A stretch of 64,000 nt of DNA from positions 62,452-126,451 of the forward strand of contig NW_003314411.1 in NCBI RefSeq assembly GCF_000143415.4, in the 5' to 3' direction. Positions 22,289 to 35,299 of this stretch are shown here, piece after piece; position 1 is the stretch's first letter; every line of letters starts with the position of its first letter. The stretch comes from Selaginella moellendorffii. Taxonomy: Eukaryota > Plantae > Lycopodiophyta. The position numbers and the translations under genes were made by a program. Under the pieces are notes generated by a model that was given only the letters and a program-made list of their open reading frames with translations, made no database searches and was not told the origin of the DNA.

Positions 22289-23788
22289 ATGGCGCCAGCT
22301 GCGGCCCAGAGTGCCAAGATCGCAAGGCCAGCGCCTTCCAATCCGAAATCCAACTCCATCGGCTCCTACAGCTTCACTCGAAGCGCCTCCAGCGGGCACG
22401 ATTCTTTGGGGGCTGCCAAGAGCGACGCGTCCTCCTGCACCAGCGTCTTCAAGAAACCCGAATCCACGGCTGACACCAAGACGCGCCGCGTTCTTTCGGA
22501 TATAAGCAACGTCCCTGGTGGTGTGGCTCTACCCGAGCAACATTCGCTTTCAACACCCAGGAAGCTGTCCGTGGACGTGGATTCGCATGGTTTTGGGACA
22601 GCCGCAACCCGATACGAGGACTCACAGCTCAAGAGGAATTCGTCGTTGCCAGGCAAAGCCATTGCGCCGATCACTACAGCACTTCGCTGCGGTGGGAAAT
22701 CCCTTTCGAAAGGCACCACTCCAGTGGCAGAATGCATTCTAAAGACGAAAGTCCAGGCTCACCCGAAGAAGAAACCGAGGGACGACGCGATCACTCCTTT
22801 GCAATGGAGCCGATCCCCTCCATCCAAGCTGTCGACGCTGAGAAAGAAAATTTTGGACAAGGTGGCGGGCAAGTCCATCGTGAAGCCGAAGAACCAGGTC
22901 CAAAGGCGCAGTATTTCCAAGGACAGGGAGTTCAGAAGGCTGTCCATGGTGATTCGAAGCGAGGAGGAGCTCCTGGAGAAAAGCAAAGCGTACGAGGAAA
23001 AACTCGAACTTCTCCAGCAGCAGTGTGTCAGCAAGGAATCTGAGGTACAGTCTCAAAATCCCGCGCCATCTCACTGCTGTGTTTTTTCACGAATCCAGAT
23101 TGAGAGCGTCCGCAACGTGGGAAAAATGCTCGGCAAGCTTTGCGTCAACCAGGCCGAAGAACTAAAGGCCCTCAAAGGGATGTTCCCGCCGACGCTGAGG
23201 GAAGTGGTCCAGCTTCGCGACGTGTGCCAGAAGCAGGAGAAAGAGCTGCGAGACGCCCGCACAGTGGTGCCATCGCTGCAAGAACAAGTGAAGCTACTCA
23301 CTGCCCAGCTCGATTCCCTGGCAGACGATATTGAAAAGGTGAGAACTCGAAAACTTCTCTACCATAGATTCAAACTGTGTGAATCCAGGTGAAAGCCGCT
23401 AGACTGGCAAGGAGAGCACTCACCTGTGACGTTTCTACAAAGGTAGTGCTTTCGAAGTTTTGGATTTTCTCGTGTGAGAGAGCGTGACTTGGTTTCTTTG
23501 ATCTCAGTCGACAGTGGAAAGCGCTAGCACTGAACCGATCCATCCCAAACAAGATCATGCAACACAGGTAGAGCTCTCTTCGCACTTTTCAAAATGTTGG
23601 AAGATCGATAGCGACGATTTCGTGACTTCTGGCAGCCAGGAAGTGTCACCACCTCGATGACCGAAGCAAACCTGGAAGCTTTGATGCAAAGGATGAATCT
23701 AACGTCGGCGGAAGAAAAGGATTTGTCCGCGCTGGAGGAGAAGTGTGCCTCGGCTTTCAGGGACCTGGAAAACTTCCGGCCATCTTAG
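22289..23788 (+). CDS. Uncharacterised plant protein with basic disordered N-terminus and coiled-coil C-terminus, multi-exon
   Basis: Long first exon; heptad region KLCVNQAEELKALK...VVPSLQEQVKLLTAQLDSLADDIEK|VKAA; RRVLSDISN (D-box-like) near the N-terminus. Confidence 0.7.
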
Positions 23789-24068
23789 CCGTTAGATGTT
23801 AGACCCCTTGACCGTTCGATGGAAGAGGCCTTCTGTATCGGAATCGACGGAATGTATCTATTCCAGACCACCCAAACCCCAAGCCCTATCTCCTGTGCCA
23901 GAGCTCTGGTTGGTATTTCTCTTCCTCCACCTAGGGGCGATCGATCGGTGAGTTTGCGGCGATTTCTTGCATTTCTCGAGCTGGATTGGATTATCGATTG
24001 GATTGGAGCAGCATTTTAGCAAGAAGCGTCGTTGCCTCGATTGAATTGGAGCACTGTGCTGTGCAGCG

Positions 24069-25052
24069 ATGGGTGTCCGTATTAGATTTGCGCGTTTTGG
24101 GAGGAAGAAGCTGCCGTTCTATCGAATCTACGTTGCCGATAGCCGCTCCAAGCGTGACGGGAGATTTCTGGAGAATGTGGGCTACTACAATCCCATTACT
24201 GGTAAAGTTCCATTCGGCGAGAAAGAAAATTTGGTCTCAAGTTCTTCTTTGTTGTCGCTTCGATGCTTGCAGGAAAGGATGGTGAGAAGCAATTTGCGCT
24301 CAAAGCGGACCGAGTCCAGTAAGTCTTCGCGTTTTCTTCTTTGATAGTATCGGTCCCTTTCTCCTTGGATCATCTTTGAGTGTTTTAGTGACATCCTTTT
24401 TCAATTCTCTTTGGTTCTTGTTTGAACTTGGTTTCCTCTTGGTCATCGTTTCATCATTTTGAACTATGCCTTTCATATTCGTCATAGCTTCTGTCGCTCT
24501 TTAGCATTGTCTGCCAGAATTCTAGCCCGAATTCTTCCTGTGAATGGAGCGTTTCCATGACTGTTTCATTCTTTTGATCTCGTTCTTTAAGTTTTAGTTT
24601 TTGTTATTATGTTTGTCAGTCCCCCTGAGAGAACTTCCCGCTCCGACAAAGTTTCCAGCCCTGGAATCGGTCCACAAACTTGCTTGTTTGCTGTCATTCC
24701 TTGTTTAGTATTGTTCGATCCTGTTGTTTAGCTATGTCTGTCAATTTCCCCGAAAAGCTAGCGTTCTAAGTTACAGCTTCGCATTTGAATCAGTCCATCT
24801 TCCACTTGACATTCTTTTTTCTTCAGGTACTGGCTCTCGGTTGGAGCTCAGCCTTCCAATGCCGTGGCAAGGCTTCTGGCACGAACAGGCAATCTTCCAA
24901 GCGCTTATCCTCGGGGGCCGCCCGAGTCATCGTCGCCATCGCCACTGGCAACACTCTCGCCGGACGACAAGCCCGACGTGACCATCACTGCCAAGCTCTC
25001 CTCCGCCTCCTCGGCTCCAATGCTCGCTTCCAGGACTCTGTGCTTCTGCTGA
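24069..25052 (+). CDS. RPS16: Nuclear-encoded organellar ribosomal protein S16, 3 exons
   Basis: [42 protein letters not shown]...RVQ|[10 protein letters not shown]. Confidence 0.95.
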
Positions 25053-26096
25053 CGCCGACGAACACAAGAACTCCGCCGAGAGAGGTTTGACATTTTAATC
25101 TTATAAATCGCTCTTATCTATCTCAAAGTAAGCTCTGACTTTTGATAGCGATAGAATCGCTCTCGTTTCTTTGTTTTTTTTTTTTTTTCCTTTTCTTTTG
25201 TTTTGTTAGCTGCGTAGCACGGCCACTTTGGTTCGTCCCGGGCATTCATGCTTTGTGTAGCTTTTGACTTCCAGCGAAACGCAAGCAAAAATTTTCTAAG
25301 ATTTACAAAGTCACTCTCTCACACTTCGTACACGCAACGCATGTTTTGGCGAAATCTCTCCTTTAAGAAAGCCATTCCTTTCACTGTAGCGTATGTGATT
25401 CGTGGACACAAACACTAGAGCTAGTGGTGGAGTGGCGAGTGAATGGAATATAAGTGGTGATCCACTTTTAACTCCAAAAGCACAAATGCCCACACAAAGA
25501 ATACCAAGTGCCACGCCATCTTTTCGATCTAATCTTCTCTTTCATTACAAGCAATGGTAGGCTAGATCATCATCCCTTGTAGTCAACGATTAGAACGTGG
25601 AACAACACACTTTTTCCATAATCTTTGACCCGATCCCTCTTGTCAACACTGGGTGAAATCTCGGTTGGCTAAAGAAAAATTTCACCAAATTTTCTATCGC
25701 ATTCTTACCGGGGAGATGATGCGATTGGTTTTTGGACGGGACGGATTCGCGATTCCGTAACGCCCCTACGCGCTAACTAACCGTTTCTTGTCAGAAAAGA
25801 AAGGTGAAAAAGGTTCCCAACGGACGCAATCCAGCCACGTGGCAACGTCTACGCTGTGGGATTGGACGGCTGAGATAAAGTCCACCCCATGGGTTTTTTA
25901 GGCGGCCATAGCCAGAAGCACGGAAGAACAGACGCTCATATACCCACATTACGAAACGCACGCATTCGATCGGTAGCATTCAAGGCGGTGGTGGATGACG
26001 GCCGCCACAATCTTTGCTCTGGCGATCGGGAGAAATTTCTTGGGTAATCTATGAAAGCCGACGATCCAGGGGCAGCACAGCAGCGCCAGGGAATTA

Positions 26097-29000
26097 ATGG
26101 AGCCGCGGCGCCAGGCAAGAACGCTCCTGGTCTTCTTCTTCGCGATATTCCGGGCGCTAGATCCATCGGCAGGCCAGGATTCGTGCTCTGTGACAGAGAT
26201 TGAAGCGCTGGAAGCTTTCCAACGAGGGGCGAGCTCGCTGGAGCTGTCGTCATGGTCTAGGAATTCGAGCTGCTGCCAGTGGCGAGGTGTCAGATGCGCG
26301 GCGTCGATCGATCAAGCCTACCGGGAGGCCGGCATCGATTACCGCGTCCAGGAAATCCGCCTCTCCGGATTGAAGCTCCGGGGCGGAAATATTATCGACA
26401 GCCTAGCGAGATTGCGCGGCCTCAGCCATCTCGATCTCTCCAGCAATGCTCTCTCCGGCTCCTTCCCAGGCAACGTTTCATCGCTTCCCAGGCTCGAGCG
26501 GCTCGACTTGAGCGCCAACAATCTCTCGGGACCGATCCTCCTTCCTCCAGGTTCGTTCCAGGCGGCTAGCTATCTCAACCTCTCCTCGAATCGCTTCGAC
26601 GGCTCCTGGAATTTCTCCGGAGGGATCAAGCTCCAGGTGCTCGATCTCAGCAACAACGCTCTCTCTGGCCAAATCTTCGAGAGCTTGTGCGAGGATGACG
26701 GTAGCTCCCAGCTACGCGTGCTGAGTTTCTCGGGCAACGACATCTCGGGTAGAATTCCTGCCAGTATCACCAAATGCCGCGGCCTGGAAACTTTCGAAGG
26801 GGAAGATAATCGCCTCCAAGGGAGAATTCCATCGTCCCTGTCGCAGCTGCCACTGCTACGATCCATCAGGCTCTCGTTTAACTCGCTCAGCGGCAGCATT
26901 CCAAGCGAGCTGAGCTCTCTCGCCAACCTCGAGGAGCTATGGCTCAACAAAAACTCTATCAAAGGTGGAGTGTTCTTGACGACGGGGTTTACGTCGCTGC
27001 GAGTTTTCTCGGCTCGGGAGAACAGGCTTTCAGGGCAGATCGCGGTGAATTGCTCCAGCACGAATTCATCGCTCGCGTATCTGGACCTCTCCTACAACTT
27101 ACTGAATGGAACCATCCCGGCAGCGATCGGCGAGTGCCACCGTCTCGAGACGCTTGCATTGACTGGGAACTTCCTCGAGGGCCGGATACCATCTCAGCTG
27201 GGATCTCTCAGGAACCTCACGACACTGATGCTCTCCAAGAACAATTTGGTCGGGAGGATTCCTCTCGAGTCTCTGCGTGAGTGTTCGAGCTTGGTGGCTC
27301 TGGTCCTCTCGAAGAACTATTTCTCAGGAACTCTCAACATGGCGCCATCGCCAGTGGGGAGCTTCAGGAACCTCCAGCTGCTCGCGGTCGGGAACTCGAA
27401 CCTCTCCGGCACCATTCCTCTGTGGCTGACGAACTCGACCAAGCTCCAAGTCCTGGACCTGTCGTGGAACATTTTCACTGGAAAGGTTCCACTCTGGATC
27501 GGGGACTTCTACCATCTCTTTTACGTGGACTTGTCCAACAATTCCTTCTCGGGTGCGCTCCCGGAAGAGCTTGCCAACTTGAAATCGCTCCGAGGCGACG
27601 AGATCGACACCTCGGGCATCAAGGCCGTCGAGAGCATCCTCTTCGTCAAGCACAAGAACAACATGACTCGGCTGCAGTACAATCAAGTGTCTGCGCTGCC
27701 TCCCTCCATCATCCTCGCCAGCAACCGGTTCCACGGACGGATTCCCGACGGCTACGGCGCTCTGAGAAGATTGGTGTCGTTGGACCTGGGCATCAACTTA
27801 CTCTCGGGAGTGATCCCGGCAAGCCTGGGGAACTTGAGCAACTTGGAGTCGATGGATCTCTCGCAGAACTCGCTGGGTGGAGCAATTCCCACGACGCTGA
27901 CGAGACTCTTTTCGCTGGCCAGGCTCAACCTCTCGTTCAACAAGCTCGAAGGCCCGATCCCGCTGGGCAACCAGTTCTCGACTTTCACGGCCTCGGCCTA
28001 CGCTGGAAACCCAAGACTCTGCGGATATCCACTGCCGGATAGCTGCGGTGATGGAAGCTCTCCACAGTCACAACAACGTAGCACCACCAAGAACGAGAGA
28101 AGCAAGAACTCCTCGAGCTTGGCAATCGGGATCGGCGTCAGCGTGGCACTTGGGATCACCGGCATCGCCATCGGGATTTGGATCTGGATGGTGTCGCCCA
28201 AGCAGGCCGTCCACCACCGAGACGACGAGGAGGAAGGCTCCGCCGCGGAGCTCCAGGACCTGTCCGAGATGATGAAGCGCACGGTGGAGGTGTTCCACAA
28301 CCGGGAGCTCCTCCGGACCCTGGTCAAGCAGCAGCGCCCGCTCACCAACGCGGATCTCGTCAAGGCGACGGACAACTTCGATCAATCCAACATCGTGGGC
28401 TGCGGCGGATTCGGGCTGGTGTTCGTGGCCAGCCTCCCCGACGGCACCAAGGTGGCGATCAAGCGCCTCACGGGCGACTGCCTCCAAGTGGAGCGCGAGT
28501 TCGAGGCAGAGGTCCAAGCTCTGGCTATGGCGGACCACCCCAACCTGGTAACGCTCCAAGGCTACTCCAGCTATGGCGAGCACCGGCTACTCATCTACTC
28601 CTACATGGAGAATGGTAGCCTGGACAGCTGGCTACACGAGAGCGCGAAGCGCCTGGATTGGTCCACGCGACTGGACATTGCCAGGGGGGCCGCGCGGGGA
28701 TTGGCGTACCTCCACCTGGGCTGCCAGCCACACATAGTCCACCGCGACATCAAGTCCAGCAACATCCTCCTGGACGGCCGATTCGTTGCCCACGTGGCGG
28801 ACTTTGGTTTGGCCAGGCTGATGCTGCCGACGGCCACCCACGTCAGCACGGAGATGGTCGGGACGCTGGGGTATATCCCGCCGGAATATGCGCAGAGCTG
28901 GATGGCGTCCCCGAAGGGCGACGTGTATAGCTTTGGCGTGGTGCTGCTCGAGCTACTGTCGCGGCGGAGGCCTGTGGATGTGTGTAGGGCGAATGGAGTG

Positions 29001-29207
29001 TATGATCTTGTGGCGTGGGTGAGGGAGATGAAAGGGGCGGGGCGTGGAGTGGAGGTTTTGGATCCGGCGCTAAGAGAGCGGGGGAACGAGGAGGAGATGG
29101 AGAGAATGCTAGAGGTGGCGTGCCAGTGTCTAAACCCTAATCCGGCGAGGCGGCCCGGGATCGAGGAGGTGGTGACGTGGCTCGAGGAGATTGGTCGCGG
29201 AGCGTAG
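26097..29207 (+). CDS. PSKR: Phytosulfokine receptor/PSY1R-type LRR receptor kinase (LRR-Xb)
   Basis: Intronless 1036-aa ORF with signal peptide, CCQWRGVRC cap, LRRs, island domain LFVK...LQYNQVSALPP, TM helix and RD kinase (ATDNFDQSNIVGCGGFGLV, HRDIKSSN, GTLGYIPPEY). Confidence 0.92.
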   Translation: MEPRRQARTLLVFFFAIFRALDPSAGQDSCSVTEIEALEAFQRGASSLELSSWSRNSSCCQWRGVRCAASIDQAYREAGIDYRVQEIRLSGLKLRGGNIIDSLARLRGLSHLDLSSNALSGSFPGNVSSLPRLERLDLSANNLSGPILLPPGSFQAASYLNLSSNRFDGSWNFSGGIKLQVLDLSNNALSGQIFESLCEDDGSSQLRVLSFSGNDISGRIPASITKCRGLETFEGEDNRLQGRIPSSLSQLPLLRSIRLSFNSLSGSIPSELSSLANLEELWLNKNSIKGGVFLTTGFTSLRVFSARENRLSGQIAVNCSSTNSSLAYLDLSYNLLNGTIPAAIGECHRLETLALTGNFLEGRIPSQLGSLRNLTTLMLSKNNLVGRIPLESLRECSSLVALVLSKNYFSGTLNMAPSPVGSFRNLQLLAVGNSNLSGTIPLWLTNSTKLQVLDLSWNIFTGKVPLWIGDFYHLFYVDLSNNSFSGALPEELANLKSLRGDEIDTSGIKAVESILFVKHKNNMTRLQYNQVSALPPSIILASNRFHGRIPDGYGALRRLVSLDLGINLLSGVIPASLGNLSNLESMDLSQNSLGGAIPTTLTRLFSLARLNLSFNKLEGPIPLGNQFSTFTASAYAGNPRLCGYPLPDSCGDGSSPQSQQRSTTKNERSKNSSSLAIGIGVSVALGITGIAIGIWIWMVSPKQAVHHRDDEEEGSAAELQDLSEMMKRTVEVFHNRELLRTLVKQQRPLTNADLVKATDNFDQSNIVGCGGFGLVFVASLPDGTKVAIKRLTGDCLQVEREFEAEVQALAMADHPNLVTLQGYSSYGEHRLLIYSYMENGSLDSWLHESAKRLDWSTRLDIARGAARGLAYLHLGCQPHIVHRDIKSSNILLDGRFVAHVADFGLARLMLPTATHVSTEMVGTLGYIPPEYAQSWMASPKGDVYSFGVVLLELLSRRRPVDVCRANGVYDLVAWVREMKGAGRGVEVLDPALRERGNEEEMERMLEVACQCLNPNPARRPGIEEVVTWLEEIGRGA

Positions 29208-29349
29208 TAGGAAGCAGTAGAGACGTTTTTTACCTATTTGTCGCTGTTGCCCCTTTGTAGATATTTATTTTTGGGGGAAAGCTCACGCAAACACGCAAGC
29301 ACGGTGTTGCTTTGATTGAGGAGTTTGTTTCTAGGTTTTCTATTGCGCC

Positions 29350-30916
29350 ATGGAATCGTCCCTCGTGCTAGCGGCGGCCGCGATCGCTCTCCTGTTCTCG
29401 GCGGTGGCGCAGGTGATTGATTGGCAGGGTTTTTCCATTGCGCATTTGAGAATGCGGTGTGGTTTTTGCGATGGCAGGGCGTCAGGGTCGCGGAATCTGG
29501 GAAGCTCGATCTAGGGAGGCCGCTCTTGCAGGTATTGAGCTAGATTTTGCTTCTTTGCTAAGCTCTTCTGAAATTTTAGAAATCTATCGTTGATATCGTG
29601 AACAATGACCCCAATGCCGGGTGGAAAGCGGGATTCAACGAGCGGTTCATCAATCACACGGTGAGTTTCGCTATAAATTCCAGGCAAGAGAAGTGACTGA
29701 CAAGAGTTGCGTTGTTCTTTCTTTTCAGGTGCGAGATTTCAAGAGGCTTTGCGGTGTTCTTCCAAAGTCATCAGAGGAAGTCCAGCCGTTGAGACCCTTG
29801 CGAAGCCACCCGAGAACTTTGGATCTTCCTAAGCATTTCGATGCCCGTGAAGCTTGGCCACAGTGTTCTTCCATCAAAAATATTCTTGACCAGGTGTGCT
29901 CTACTTGTACTGCTGTGTGGCTGCTTATGATCGCTCAATCTTTCTCCAGGGTCACTGTGGGTCATGCTGGGCTTTTGGAGCTGTCGAGGCACTGACAGAT
30001 CGATTTTGCATCCTCAACAATGAAGTGAGTGGAGAATCTTTTCTTTCTCGTTCGTGTGCATTGTGACACAGATGCTTCGCTTTTCTCAGAATGTCTCGCT
30101 CTCCGAGAACGACCTTGTGGCCTGCTGCAGCTCCTGTGGATTTGGCTGTGACGGTGGATATCCATATGCGGCTTGGGAATACTTTGCACAAACAGGGGTG
30201 GTGACGTCTCAAGTAAGGAGCTCCCAAGTTTCATAAACTCTAGTTTTACAGCTTGATACTTTCAGTGCGATCCATACTTTGATGGAAAAGGATGCAAGCA
30301 TCCTGGTTGCGAACCTGAGTATGACACGCCGGTTTGCGTGAAGCAATGCGTGGACAATGAGCAGTGGAGGGACTCTAAACACTTCACGGTGCAAACTTAC
30401 GCTGTCAACTCCGATATTTACGACATCCAAGCCGAGATTTACAAGAATGGGCCCGTGGAAGTTTCCTATACCGTATATGAGGTAAAAGTTTATGAGCGCT
30501 AGAGCCTTTTTTTCGACTTATCGGTGTTAATTGTCGATGCAGGACTTTGCTCACTACAAGTCTGGAGTTTATAAGCACGTTTTCGGTGAAGTCCTGGGTG
30601 GGCATGCAGTGAAATTTATTGGCTGGGGCACCACCGATGATGGAAAGGATTACTGGGTAAGCAGTATGTGGCTTTTGATGCATTCTTGAACTAGCGTATT
30701 GTGTTTTCTGATCTAGATTGTGGCAAACTCGTGGAACCGGTCATGGGGAGAGGTTAGTCATTGATCATAGCACCGAAGCTTCAAGTTTCTAACCAAGAGC
30801 GTGTGTGTTCGCAGGACGGATTTTTCCAAATCTCTCGTGGTTCCAATGAATGTGGTATTGAGTCCGAGCCTGTGGCTGGAATCCCGCTCAAGAAAACTGG
30901 ATTCTCTGACATATAA
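29350..30916 (+). CDS. Cathepsin B-like cysteine protease, multi-exon
   Basis: [62 protein letters not shown]. Confidence 0.95.
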
Positions 30917-31051
30917 TTTGTAAATATGCTGTACACAGACTATTAACTCTATTTCTATTTCTATTTGTTAAATCCTATTGTCTACTGGAAACGACACGGT
31001 GATAGAAACGTTTTTTGCGAGCGTGAAGGACAAAGACACAAGAGGGAACGA

Positions 31052-31760
31052 GTGAACTACAATGTAGTGAGACTTATTTTTCATCATTTTTTAATATTTG
31101 ATTGACACACTAACGATATATCACTCCAGTCCTTCAGAGCTGCCGAGCAAATGGGAGTTTCCATATTGTCACCGTAAGCATTGGCCATGCAAGCGAGCTT
31201 GTTTGGTCAGTCGTCGTGAACTTTGCAAGGCTTCTAGCCTTTTGATCACGGTCTCCATGTTCCAACGCAAGCTATGCATTCTTCGTCCTTCATTCATCCA
31301 ACAGGCTTTCATCGCCGCCAAAGACAATCTCTGTGACGAAAGCAAATCAAGTGGTATAATCCTTCCTCTTGAGCTGCGTGTCCTCTTACCTGAAATGTTG
31401 CTCGCGTAGAGGGTATATCCGTGTTTAAGTGTCAGGCGTGGATTCGGGTCTCTTTCAAAAGACGCTGGTGCAAGAGGACGCATCGCTCTTAGCAGGCCCC
31501 AAAGAATCGTGCCTGAGGCTGTAGGAACCGATGGACTTGGATTTCGGATTGGAAGGCGCTGGCTTGGCACTCTCGGCCGCACCTGGCGTTATCAGTCCTC
31601 GGAAAGAATCGAAGCCTACCGGATCAAGAAAGCGCCAAGAAACGCTCGCAGAGCGCTCAGGATCGATGTGCTTGGCTTTCAAACAATAACGGTTACATGA
31701 CAACGAACGTCTGCCAGCGGGGCGTGGGCAGCGCGCGGCAGGGGATTTTCCACGCTTTCC
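31052..31760 (-). pseudogene. Inverted degenerate duplicate of 21830-22640 fused to 19170-19690
   Basis: The reverse complement matches, in order, the TPR 5' end, the shared promoter and the 5' part of the coiled-coil gene (to gcagctcaagagga). At about 31362 it jumps to the kissper gene and its 3' UTR (ggcggcgatgaaag, gttcacgacgactg, caagctcgcttgcatgg, atggaaactc). Many short deletions. Confidence 0.9.
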
Positions 31761-32308
31761 TTTCTTAGAAGTGTTTGGACGTAAGAATTTGGTCATTCCG
31801 GGCATGTTTCTCAAAATTTCAGTATCACAAACATCTCATCAATTCAATAGAACGATTCAGTTTCTTCTTAGTTGATTATGGTTTGCTCTACAATCAACCA
31901 AGACACTTCTACATCCACCAGATTCATTGTTTTGTCATTGTGTTTACTTCTTCTTTATTTTGTTTTTCCATAGCTTCTTCTTCTTTATTAATTTGCCATT
32001 TTCTTGGATATAACTTGTTTTTTAGCTTCTTTTTCTTCTTTGTTTTGCTATGGTGTTCTTGGATATCTTCTTTTGATTTGTACATGATTCTTCTTTAGTG
32101 CTGGTTTCTTGTAAGATAGCCAATTTAAGTGCTTTTGTTTGTCCTTTTTACAATCCATATGAATTTTTGGATTGCATGGCTTGGTCTTTTGTTTCATTTT
32201 CTATTTTCTTGCAGACTAGCAAACTCGGACTAACTCATGACTTAGATTCCAAACTCTCACAAATAGATCCAAAAAAACTAAGAAAACTGGTGGTTAATAT
32301 GATGACTC

Positions 32309-32330
32309 TGTGTGTGTGTGTGTGTGTGTG
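32309..32330. repeat. (TG)n microsatellite
   Basis: Direct reading. Confidence 0.9.
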
Positions 32331-35299
32331 TTTCTGCTGCAACGAGCTATCAGTCATTCGTTAGATCAGCAAACGAGCATGATCCAGCAGCCTGCAGCAG
32401 CCATAGCACTAACAACATTGGGGCGACCACGAAGTAATTTATAGAAAATTAGGGTATCATCTTTATACCCCTTTTGTGGAAGAAAAAAGGGGCATCTTCC
32501 ACGTTCAAGACAAGATCATAGTAGATCTTCCATTTGACAATCCAACTTTTCTACTACATTCGGGACCACACTCTGAGGGAAGGAAAATTCGGAATCCTAG
32601 AGGCTAGATCCATTGCTTGTGATGGTTTCTTGGCTAGACTCCAGATTGATTCAACATCAAATCAGCACTAGTTAGTTTTGCATGCATCTGGGATTTCCAT
32701 GAGCTGCCTGGATGTTGAGGGGGATGGTGTGATCTTAGATTGGCATCCAGAACTTGGTTTAAGGTCCAAACTTTGAAGGAACAGTTTCAAAAGTTTTGTG
32801 CTTTTTCATCCAGCCAACAGAAACCAAAAGCAATGGTAGCTCTAGTGGGAAGAGTGTCCTTGATGCTCACACAGTGGCAATTTTGCATAAATTCTCCCAA
32901 GATCCTAACAAAGACCTGTGGAAAGCATCAAATTATTCTTGTCATTGCTCGGTATGACACAACAACAAGTAGTAGATCTTGCTTCTCTAATGAAGCTCTT
33001 TCTAATGCAATTCAAAGTGCTAGAAAGAAAACACAATGTCATGGCCAAACTTGATTTCTTGAGACAACAGCTGAATGAATCACTTCATGAGTTCAATTAG
33101 TGTTTCCAAACATAAATTTGCAAATGCAATGACTGGAATAGATTCCATGAGCCTTTAAGTTGTCTGTGCATATGTCGATGCACTTCACCTCGACTTTGCT
33201 TGTAAAATTCATTGAAAGGAGCTGGTCATTGTAGAACTTGCAATTAGTGAGGCCGAAGAATAAGGGCATAAATGTCTGACTGAAAAATTGATATTTGCTA
33301 CTCTCAAGCACGATCCCATACCAATTCATTCCTTGCTGGCAACTTCAATAGATATTCCACTTGTCCTGCCAAGTTGTACAATAGGAGTTCTATCTCCTCC
33401 TATGCTCCCAACATATAAAATGGGAAGTTACTTTTGACCACGGGGGCAAGAAAGAGGAAACAATACAGCCTATTGTATAGTCTTTCCTTCTATATACACT
33501 CCTCAAGCACCATGGCAATCTGCTTGTTTGCTCCTTCTATGCCACCTTGGCAACCATTGGGAGCTCAACCTTTTCACCAGCAGCTATCAATGTCTTATTT
33601 CTACTCTCGCACACTTGAACACATGGAAGAGTGGTGCTTTATGAAACAACTTGTTGCTCAAACTTGTAGATTTGTTTAGTGACAATGAACCTAAGGACTT
33701 GCTTTCATCAGGGGTTCTCATTGCCATATGTACTCAATGCACCAATGCAAATGAAACTTTTCAACAACTATAACCAGATTGCAACTCTAAATGTTCAATC
33801 CAACCACTTTAACATCTGATGGTGTTGTGCTGTATTCTCTCTTCAATAACTTCAAGTCCCTGAAATCAATGATTTTCATAGCTCAAATTATTTAAATAAC
33901 TCCCTGACTGCTTGATGAACTTTCAACAGCTATTCCTTGGATTATGACAAGATCTACAATAAACTATAAAACATGTGATGGATCCTAGAATACATGTGGT
34001 GGTTAATGGCAAAGTCATTCCCAATACTAACACCAATCCGGCCATCACATATCTGCTAAAAATTGAAATTTGCTATTTCTACAAAAACCTACTTAATCCT
34101 AAAAACCTTTGCTCAATCTCAAATTTTAAGTCAGTAGGGACTTAATCATAGATATCTATAATGTTCTAGTGGTTGAGCTTCCATAAGAAGGCTGAAACAA
34201 AACTCAGTCATACTCCCTACTCTTAGGATGCAAGGAGTGAAGTTTGTGGCACTTATAAAATGATCAACCACTAACTTCAATTTCTTCTTTGATGTTGCTT
34301 TAACAATTTAATCTCTAGGATATTATCCTATATGAATTTCATGCAGTCATGGATGCTTTAGCAAAGTAGGGTTTTAAATGCTAGTTACTTTAGACACTAT
34401 CAAAGAAATAATGTTGTCCTCATCTAATAAAGTATCATTTGTCAATATTCTTCAGATTTATGTGGATGTCCTTTAAAAATACAAAAGAAAAAATAATGAA
34501 GCACAAAAAATTTATGGAGTGAGTTTAAAGCTCTCGCTAGCTTGACTTAAATCATATTTTGCAGAAAGGTCCAACCTACTTAGACTTGAGATGTTATATG
34601 AAAGGGACTCAGGTGTCAAATAGCGGCAAATTGACCTCAATCATTTTGATGTTAAGGGGTGAATTTTTTATTCCATTTGCGCTCCTTTTGAGTTTGCTAT
34701 TATTTAGATCAATGCGCATGACTTGAGCATTCCAGGATGATATCATGATAATAACATATGGAAAATGCAGGCTCCACAATGATGACTTGCTAGACTTGAT
34801 CTTTCAGGTATTCTAAAGTATATGCCTTCCGGAACATGACCAAGGGATGTATACTCTGATCCACCTTTATGGCTTGGCAAAAGAGCATTGGACTTAATGA
34901 TTAGTGTAATATAAACAATTAATTGTTAATAGTCTATATAAAGTGTTAGATTGTAAATTTATCAATTATATATAATTTTTAATGATAATTTATTTGGTTA
35001 TAAGAATGACATACATATAAAGGTTAGTAATTTTATAAAGTATTTTGATTTTAATATACATCATAACAATACAAATGTTACTAGCAAAACCAAATGCTTT
35101 TAATCTCAACTCCCTAGATTTATTTATTTATTGTATAACCCTAGAAAAATAAGTTATCTTCAACTTTTTAGTGGTTCTAGAAGCTTTTTTGTTGCAACTA
35201 CCAATAATGATCGTTATGTGCTATCACTATAACAAGATAAAATATGATAAATTTCATAATATAAAGATTAACAGCAAAAGTAAAAGGTAAGAAACTGAT

